Shown here: positions 56,448 to 64,000 of the stretch, piece after piece
Layout of the letters: every line of letters begins with the position of its first letter
Numbering within the stretch: position 1 is the first letter of the stretch
Assembly (NCBI GenBank): GCA_002811645.1
Contig: PDIP01000032.1
Span: 356,120 to 420,119 of the forward strand
Reading direction: 5' to 3'
Source of the DNA: Corallochytrium limacisporum Hawaii
Taxonomy: Eukaryota > Protista > Pluriformea
Length of the DNA: 64,000 nt
Program-made: the position numbers and the translations under genes
Notes under the pieces: generated by a model
Told to the model about the DNA's origin: nothing
Database searches by the model: none
Seen by the model: the letters and a program-made list of their open reading frames with translations, nothing else

Positions 56448-58910
56448 ATGAAGATTACACACAATTTCTCCAGTATCTTCGTGGTGGCATTGAGCGTGGT
56501 AGGCGCCTACGCCGATGTGTCGGTGGATGTCAAGTGCTTGTTCATTAAGAGCACCGCAACGGATGCCGATTCCCAGGTCATGGATGGCTGGAACTTTGAT
56601 TTTGATACTCTTGTCATCCCGCCAGAGGGTCTGAGTGGTACATTGGACGACATTCTATACAAATCTTGCTCTGATGATGACGTGGCTGGGTCTTACAGCT
56701 GCATCATCAAGCAGCCGACTGTCTACGCATCTGGCAGCAATTTCGTGGATGTCTTCACCGCCGAACAGTATGCATCCCTGGCTCAATACCAGCGCCTGAC
56801 CGGTGCCCGCATGGCCATGCTTGAATTGTGGCCCTGGCGCGGTAGCGGCTTTATCCAGCCCGTCTTTCAGAGTGCAAGCTCTGTAACCCAGACTGGTGGA
56901 GATCTTCCTGGTTTGAAACCCGGAAACCCCATTGACATGTCTCAGGACTACTTCAACTCTGGTAAGATCCACTCCGAGTTCTTCCCGACCGATGGCATTG
57001 AATCCGTAACTCCCATTCATACTGTCGATGACAACCCTGACTCCTTTGTCTCTGCCATCGTCACCTACTCCGATGGCCGCGAGGTGTACGAAAGCTACCA
57101 CTCAGTTGGCAGTCATTTCACCCCCGAGCAGCTGACCCTCAGCACTGCTTGGAGCATCTGGATCACTCGTGCAATCTTTACTGGCGGTCGCAAATTGCTT
57201 CTAGGCACTCAGATCGATGACGTGTTCCTGTCTTCCCCGGTTTACCGTGGTCCAGGCAAGCAAACCCCCGAGAAGCGTATTACCGGTAGCGACATGGCTG
57301 TTCACACCGCCTACATGGCTGCGCACCCCGGATTTATGATCGAATTGGTCCCTAACGGCAACGGCATGCCTCTGAACTTCGCAGGCAATGATGTTGACGT
57401 CGGCGACGATGGATACGAATGGTCCAAGGCTTACGGTCAGGATCCCAAACAGTGGAAGAAACCCCTGACCCCTGGTTACAACCAGGACGTGTGGCCCGCA
57501 AATTATGACCTAGCTGACGTTGAAGAAAAATGGTTAGAGGATGATGATCTGTATGCATATCTGAAAGACCACCTGTCGGAGTACTACTATGTGTCTCACA
57601 CCTACACACACTTGTGGTTGAACAACATTACCTACTCTGATGCTGCCGAAGAGGTAATCTGGAACCAGGAGTTCTTTGATATTATGGGAGTGTCTGATCT
57701 CTCTGTTTTCAGCCCCCAAGGTCTCGTCAGTGGTGCTATCTCTGGTATGTACAATGGTGACTCTCTGCAAGCTCTGTATGATAATGGCATTCGCCACCTG
57801 GTTGGTGATAACTCCTATCCAGATCTGTTCCTGCCGAACGGAAAGTACCGCGGCATGTATACCAACTCAGGAACCCACGGCTTCGACGGGATGTACATCC
57901 AGCCTCGCCATGCCACAAACATTTTTTACCCCTGCGACACGGTTGACAGTGAGGAGACCCTGTGGAACGAACTGTACTACGGCAAGTACTTTGACGAACT
58001 CTACGACATTGACATGATTACGAATTTCGAGAGTCGCGCGGTCCTGATGAACACCCTTGAAGGCAGACGTGATCCGTACATGTTCCACCAGGCCAACTTG
58101 ATTGTCGAGAACGGCAGATCTCTCTTCACCCGCTGGCTCGATGCAGTGTTTGAGAAGTTCGAGGCGACCTTTGACCTGCCTGTCCAGACCATGAAGCATG
58201 ACGAGCTGGCTCGCGACTTTATCTTCCGTGACGAGCAGGCTGCCTGCGCCCCAATCGTGACCCTAAACATCAGTAATGACTCCATCAACTCTGTTTCGCT
58301 CGCCAGCGGTGACTGTAAATTTGAGCTCACCGGTTTACACGTTGAAGGCGGCGACACCTACACCTACGGACCGGATTCCGTCAGTGTATTGTCCTCCGAT
58401 GACCTTCAATCTTCTGCCTCAGTGACTGGTGGAAACACCGAATGGATCGTCCCTGGCGACGATTCTTGCCCTGGTGTCTCTTCTAGGCGTCGCCGTCAGG
58501 GCCTCAAGAACGGCCTCCGCAAGGGCCGCAATGAAGTGAAAATTTCCCCGCGCCTGGATCAGTCTGAGTGCATAGAGTTTCCCGACGGCATGGGCGGAGC
58601 TGACGACACTTGCGCTCCTGCTCCCTATGTTGTCCGCATCAACAACATGATCGATGACGCCATCGTGCCTGCACGGGATGCAGATCGTCGCCGCGCCTTC
58701 AGGAACAATAAGGTGAGCAACTTTAGCAACGAAGAATTTGGCAACGGCAACGGCAACGGTAATGGTAACGGTAACGGTAACGGTAACGGTAACGGTAACG
58801 GTAACGGTAACGGTAACGGTAACGGTAACGGTAACGGTAACGGTAACGGTAACGGAAACGGCAACAACGGAAACGGCAACAACGGAAACGGCAACGGCAA
58901 CACGGCCTGA
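56448..58910 (+). CDS. Secreted Agd3-like (CE18) polysaccharide deacetylase with C-terminal (GN)n repeat
   Basis: Signal peptide; LGTQIDDVFL, NGNG, SHTYTH metal motif, GMYNGD.LQAL..NGI...VGDNS, PRHATNIFYPCDT and DPYMFHQANL as in fungal Agd3. Confidence 0.85.
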   Translation: MKITHNFSSIFVVALSVVGAYADVSVDVKCLFIKSTATDADSQVMDGWNFDFDTLVIPPEGLSGTLDDILYKSCSDDDVAGSYSCIIKQPTVYASGSNFVDVFTAEQYASLAQYQRLTGARMAMLELWPWRGSGFIQPVFQSASSVTQTGGDLPGLKPGNPIDMSQDYFNSGKIHSEFFPTDGIESVTPIHTVDDNPDSFVSAIVTYSDGREVYESYHSVGSHFTPEQLTLSTAWSIWITRAIFTGGRKLLLGTQIDDVFLSSPVYRGPGKQTPEKRITGSDMAVHTAYMAAHPGFMIELVPNGNGMPLNFAGNDVDVGDDGYEWSKAYGQDPKQWKKPLTPGYNQDVWPANYDLADVEEKWLEDDDLYAYLKDHLSEYYYVSHTYTHLWLNNITYSDAAEEVIWNQEFFDIMGVSDLSVFSPQGLVSGAISGMYNGDSLQALYDNGIRHLVGDNSYPDLFLPNGKYRGMYTNSGTHGFDGMYIQPRHATNIFYPCDTVDSEETLWNELYYGKYFDELYDIDMITNFESRAVLMNTLEGRRDPYMFHQANLIVENGRSLFTRWLDAVFEKFEATFDLPVQTMKHDELARDFIFRDEQAACAPIVTLNISNDSINSVSLASGDCKFELTGLHVEGGDTYTYGPDSVSVLSSDDLQSSASVTGGNTEWIVPGDDSCPGVSSRRRRQGLKNGLRKGRNEVKISPRLDQSECIEFPDGMGGADDTCAPAPYVVRINNMIDDAIVPARDADRRRAFRNNKVSNFSNEEFGNGNGNGNGNGNGNGNGNGNGNGNGNGNGNGNGNGNGNGNGNNGNGNNGNGNGNTA
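58740..58901 (+). repeat. Coding GGTAAC/GGCAAC hexamer repeat (Gly-Asn); 15 perfect GGTAAC copies at 58764-58853
   Basis: Direct read. Confidence 0.95.
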
Positions 58911-59631
58911 GTCGGATTTCGTATATCCATTATTAAGCATCTTAACATTCTCATCCATCCGTTTACTTTAAGTTCGATCCATTTTGTACAATACAGCATT
59001 ACATTAGCATCCATATTAATCACAACGTGCACTGTCTGAAGTCTACATAAATCTCCAGATCACCCGAGTTTGTTGGTTTGTATTCAACCATTGTCACCAT
59101 TTGATTGTCACATCTTTCTTTCACGCTTGTTATCACAAGGGATCCGTTGCCCTGTCAATGGAAGATGCCGAATGGATTCATAGCCACCGGTGCGATCATG
59201 GAGCACTGATACAGCTCTTGCGAAAGTTGGCAACATTGGCCCGGCTGTGGAAAATTATGATCCTTTCACGATTGTAAAAGACCAACAAAGGGAACCAGCA
59301 TCCCCTCCGCCGGAAGCCCACTTGCTGGTGGTGGGGGCCTAATTTTCTCATCCTCAAGGCGGATCTCGTCAGACTCTGAAAAAGGCTAAAAGTTTGTCAC
59401 GCCACCCAGCGCTGAGGGCCCCCAGCATTTAAGCCCGGCCTGCGCACCGGCGAATTCTACTCATACCCGTCGGTCAATATCAGGAGAGCACGCTCCTACC
59501 ACGGAGGAGGTACCAGGTGATTGTGGCTCGCTCCCTAGCATATAAGGCTGAGAGGATGGGTGAGGCAAACGGGGGTACTTCAACATCGTGGCCTCTTGGG
59601 GAGAAGAGTGTCTATCATTCTTCAATGTAGT

Positions 59632-60432
59632 ATGGATGTGTCCCGTCTGACCGCCGGCTGTCGTGAAAAGAGAAACGGTAGAGACATGGGGGGTGGGAAA
59701 CTGCTCGCCGACAAGGTGGAAGTATCCCGGGCAGGACCTAACGGGGAGCATCCTATTCTTTGCAGAGTAGAAGTGTTGGATGTCAATGATCCACCCAGCT
59801 TGAGGCGCACCGCTGAGCTTATTTCCATTGCGAACTCACGCTTTACCGGTCCGTGGTCGTACATGTTTGGACGGGACAATTGGCAAGATTTGACCTGGGT
59901 CATGGAGCGCAGTCTCTGGTTGAAGGCCGGCACAACCTATATTTTCCGTTCCCTGGACCTGGAAGCAAGCAATGGCATCGATATTGTTGCCACTTGCAGT
60001 GTTGAGCCTTCCACTTACGGATTTCCAACAAAATGGGACATGCTTCGCTGTGGGTTGTTGAAGATGCCTTTCCTGTTTGGTATGAGTCCCACGAATCGCT
60101 TGTTAGAGATTGAAAGCTGGTTCAAGGCAGGGCCGAAACATTCTGATCGTTACCCTGACCAAGAGGTATACAAACTGCACATGGTGGCTGTGGATGAGGC
60201 ACTCCAAGGACGGGGTATTGGCACAAAGATGGTGGCCTTCTTAATCGACGAAGTGTGTGATCCCTCCAACCCGATCACTCTGGATACCCAGAGACATGAG
60301 AATGTAAAGTTCTATAGCACGCGGTTTGGGTTCAAGGTCGCCGATGAGCGGATCTTCCACGAAGGCGAAAAAGATATGTTTAACAGCTGGATCATGGACT
60401 TGGTGCGTACCGACGGCAGCACAGACCTGTAA
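59632..60432 (+). CDS. GNAT-family N-acetyltransferase
   Basis: Motif A LHMVAVDEALQGRGIGTKMV and motif B TLDTQ..ENVKFY..RFGF. Start is either ATG 59632 or ATG 59686. Confidence 0.88.
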   Translation: MDVSRLTAGCREKRNGRDMGGGKLLADKVEVSRAGPNGEHPILCRVEVLDVNDPPSLRRTAELISIANSRFTGPWSYMFGRDNWQDLTWVMERSLWLKAGTTYIFRSLDLEASNGIDIVATCSVEPSTYGFPTKWDMLRCGLLKMPFLFGMSPTNRLLEIESWFKAGPKHSDRYPDQEVYKLHMVAVDEALQGRGIGTKMVAFLIDEVCDPSNPITLDTQRHENVKFYSTRFGFKVADERIFHEGEKDMFNSWIMDLVRTDGSTDL

Positions 60433-63400
60433 ACCACCTACCAACCCCAGCCTCCGCGGCCACCATATTCCCCATCTATGCACCTAGCCGAATTGTCCCA
60501 TTTCGCAGGGTGCACGGCATCAGTCTGAAATATATGCATATTCTAGGAATATTTATTGATTCATATTTATATGTAATTCTGCGCTGATCACTAGTGAATG
60601 CGCCAAAACAGTTATTCTCAATACTTTTAGACAGCCTTGTACCTTGTCCAGCTCAACTAGTGAATAGTCCGTATATAAAATAATGAACAGCCACGTCGTT
60701 GACCGCGACAAAGCCCATTTCCTCTGCGCGCAGAACAGAAAACCTTAGACAGAGTTTTGGCTTTCAATTTTGTCCATTTTGTTCCAAGACAAGCACGGTG
60801 GCGAAGGGGCTTGTTTGGTTGACGCATTGTTTTTGTACGAGCGAGTTGCAAACGAACCAGACCCTCTTGCTAGCTGTTTAGTAGCTCATTTGCTAGCGTA
60901 GACCAATGCAAATTCTTGACCGCGGGACTTGTTGATGATCAAATTCGGCCTGTCGGTAATCTGTGCAGGTGGAACCGAACATGGACAAGCCATCCCATGG
61001 GCAGTTGAGATAGTGTTCTTGGTGGCACGCCCTCGGTACCCCTCATAGACACACAATCGGCTCGGCATGAGCAGCAAGTTTGCTGCTGCGTCTTCTTTGA
61101 GATGCCAGTGCATCAAGCACACGGGAGAGAGAATGGTTTGCTTAGTGACGGAAAATTCTGCTTAGGCACTGTTGCCCTCTTTCGAATCGCACGCATGTCG
61201 ATCTTTTTGCTTACTCATCGCTTGTGTTTCATGTGATGTGTATTACTTATTGAAAACGTACCCAGTCGCAACAGGCACTTAACGCGAAATTCATCCTACT
61301 CTCTCCTGTATGCCCCTATCTCCCCAATTTCATCTTCGTGCCGTCGGAGCGGGCACCCTCACCCAACTTGACCTCAACAACTTGAAGAAAAAATTACAGA
61401 GCCTCCGCAGTCCAGTAGGAATAGCAGTACAGTTTGGAGGGGGAGACCACCCCGTACTATTCTTATTTGCGTCACCGGAATTTTACAAATTGGAGTCTAG
61501 CACAAGGGGCGCGGGGAATTATGAGAGAAAACTCTGTTTATGGTCATTCTTGAAGCTTTGTTGTGCTAATGACAGTTGGCATACAATACGACTTCATGCA
61601 ATTTGACAATTTTATCCAGTGGGACAACAACATGCATTCGAAAAAAAACACAAGTGCAGTTAATTGAACTAATGTCGCTGTTGTCAGTTCTATTCGCAGG
61701 ACATCACTCTGCCGTTGACTAAGTGTGCTACCTTCCTAAATATCACTCTCTCAACAAATTCTGGATGGTTGGGGATCCGTAGAACACAGAGTCTTTAAGC
61801 GAGAACTAGAAACAATATTGGATCAAACAGAAACTGCGAAACACGCGCATTGTTCAATTCAAACATTTATCTCTCGGGTGTGCGCTGCTACACAAGGGCG
61901 GTGCCCAGATTTGGTTTTCTCAGCCATGGACCCATTTGTTGCTTGAGGTTGGTCTTCGGGACCATTTTTTTGCCGGCAACCGCAAAATGTGGCCGTGTCA
62001 CCGTTTTCGACAGCACAAGGCGGGAAGGGAGGGAGGGGGGGGCTATCACGATATCCATTGCAACTGAGCTCCTGGAGGCAATGTCGGATAACCCAAAGTC
62101 TTTTTTTTTTGTTTGCCGGTTCCCCCCGTACACCGGCGGCCCCCTGGCGAAACCGTAGGGTTTTCGCTTACCTCGGTTGGGTGGACTATAGATAAGTATC
62201 TGGAGGTGGGTGTGCCCCTACCTCTCGGGATGGTTTTTCGTGTGCAGGCAAAATGAGAAGGTTGAAGGGAAGGGACACGACAACCCCCCCCCCCGGGGGG
62301 TGTTGTCAAACAAAATTTCCGTGAGTGAGGTGTGTAGGTGGAAGCCACGTAATATTCTCAGGGGTGTGCAATACTGGAGGCGGCTGATTTTTGTGACCGA
62401 GTTTGGGTCTAATTGCCTAGCGATGGAAATGCCCGGGGGGGGGACCCAAGAACCACGGGGACGTGAATGAGAGCGAGAGAGAGAGTGCCTAGGTTTGAAT
62501 GATTACGGGAGTTTTTACGTGTGGTACCGGAAACGACAGAATGGGGGAGGGGGACTCATCCACGGAATTGTGTGATGTGGTGTGTGTGGGGCACTGGGGG
62601 AGGGGGTTGCGAGGGAGGGAAGGAATAGCTTTGGCTTTCGGCTGAAGTAAGGCCAAAATTGTTGTCCAACATCAAGTACTTTCAGTATGGACATGTGAAT
62701 GTTGCGTGACAAGACACCAGGTGCCCGCAGAGAAGGGGCATGAAATTCGACTGTGAAAACAGAGCAAATGGAACGCATATGGCTCTGTCGGTTGCGCATT
62801 TGGATCGACACTTCATTTGTCTTAATTAATTGTGGTTGAGCTGTGTCCCAAGAGGATCTGAATGCATCTTGACCAATGAAACCAGTGTCAAACAACTGCC
62901 AGTTTGTATCAAAGATCTCTTCTTTGAGAGTTGTTTGTGCATGGCCAGGACGACGAAGGGTTCTTAGCGGTGGAGTGGTGGACGTCGGACAATGACGATG
63001 GACGAACACCAGGTGGCAGAAGGGACTGGTTCGTTCGTTTACCTAACCGTGTGCTCAGGTCGGGTATGCGTGGTTGTGACTTTGTTCGTAGAACGGCATA
63101 GTGTGTCCTCCAATCGTTTAGGTGTTAAGGTACGTATTGCGTCGGATCCCGCGCACCTCTGTAACCATTGGGCGATAAATTTTGCGCGCGCACAGGGGCG
63201 GTAGTGCGACATTCCATTCCGATTTGACTGTGCACATCGGAAGAGGGGTGGGTGCCATAATATTTTGCATTACGCCGGCAACTTAGGGAGGGATGCGTCC
63301 CGCCGGGCGGGGAGAAGTGCTGGAGTGGTTGAGATAGGCACACATTGAGCAACGAAAGAGTCTGGTGTTTCCTGTCCTGGGACTTCGTGACGAAAGCTCT

Positions 63401-64000
63401 ATGGGTTATGTCGTCCTTTGACTTGAAAGCAGGCTCGCCCATGTAAAACATACACACATCGGTTGATCCCGAAACCTGATACTCTGATTGAGGTCACAGA
63501 GATCAAGCAAGCATCAACCTGCCATGGCAATTGTCTATACGATAGCCATATTCAGAACTTTGAGCATGCTATATCCACTGCAAAGTGTCATCCAAGGATT
63601 GCCGTGCTTTAAGCCTGATCAGGGACGAATGTAAGGGTAAAGGACTTCTAAACGGCATTTAGCAGCATGAGTGCAGGGGCCATGCGTGGTGTTTGCCACC
63701 AAATGCTATCGATCCTATACAATTCCCCTAAGTTTTTTTTTTTGATTGGGCCCAGAACCGTGCAATGCCAAAGACTAATTACTCGGTGTGTACTGGAAGG
63801 CAATCCAGCTATGGGCTCTCCACAATTCGCCGTTTGCGCTGCTTATGGATTGCCCTTTTCTGGCTCTGGTTTGGGCATTAGCATTATTTCAGCACCAAAT
63901 GAATCTGGTCCATACTAGGCAAAAGAGTACCACCCACTGTCTGAGAATATTGTATCAAATCTACTCATTTTGATTTAGCTCTGCCGTCGCTTGGGAGAGC

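Noticed and set aside
9993-58913. Stop-codon readthrough giving cryptic PTS1 signals
   Set aside because: None of the TGA stops inspected has the TGA-CTA readthrough context
40224-60677. 15-bp match AATAGTCCGTATATA at 40224 and 60663
   Set aside because: A few 15-mer matches are expected by chance in 64 kb, and the flanks share no similarity

Overview
Eukaryotic nuclear DNA from a gapped draft assembly (four N-gaps). It holds about 17 apparently intronless protein-coding genes: NC2-alpha/DRAP1 with a long Q/P/Y/G-rich tail, MIOS/Sea4, PEX2, MDM10, a DUF389 membrane protein, a secreted C2-lipase_3 fusion, a 54-aa DUF4748-like microprotein missed by the ORF track, a CaaX-tailed orphan, CSN1, an uncharacterised GT-A-like protein, CARNMT1, a KIAA1328/hinderin-like coiled-coil protein, RAD6/UBE2A, WDR18/IPI3, PEX14, an Agd3-like secreted polysaccharide deacetylase with a (GN)n tail, and a GNAT acetyltransferase. 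Animal-type RAD6 together with MDM10 (ERMES) and uninterrupted CDSs suggests an intron-poor unicellular holozoan (Corallochytrium-like; inference only). The most unusual signals are non-coding. (1) Gene leaders repeatedly carry minimal ATG-stop uORFs, including three GAA-ATG-stop elements about 30 nt apart before NC2-alpha and a stop/start-coupled uORF chain before PEX14. (2) GC-skewed islands with CnGn palindromes mark divergent promoters and also occur as orphans in gene deserts. (3) There is a candidate 41-nt 5'UTR intron, a cluster of 1-nt-spacer palindromes, a degenerate ~153-bp tandem repeat and a 91-bp exact duplication. No tRNA, rRNA, CRISPR array or intact mobile element was recognised. 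All family calls come from remembered motifs, not database searches.
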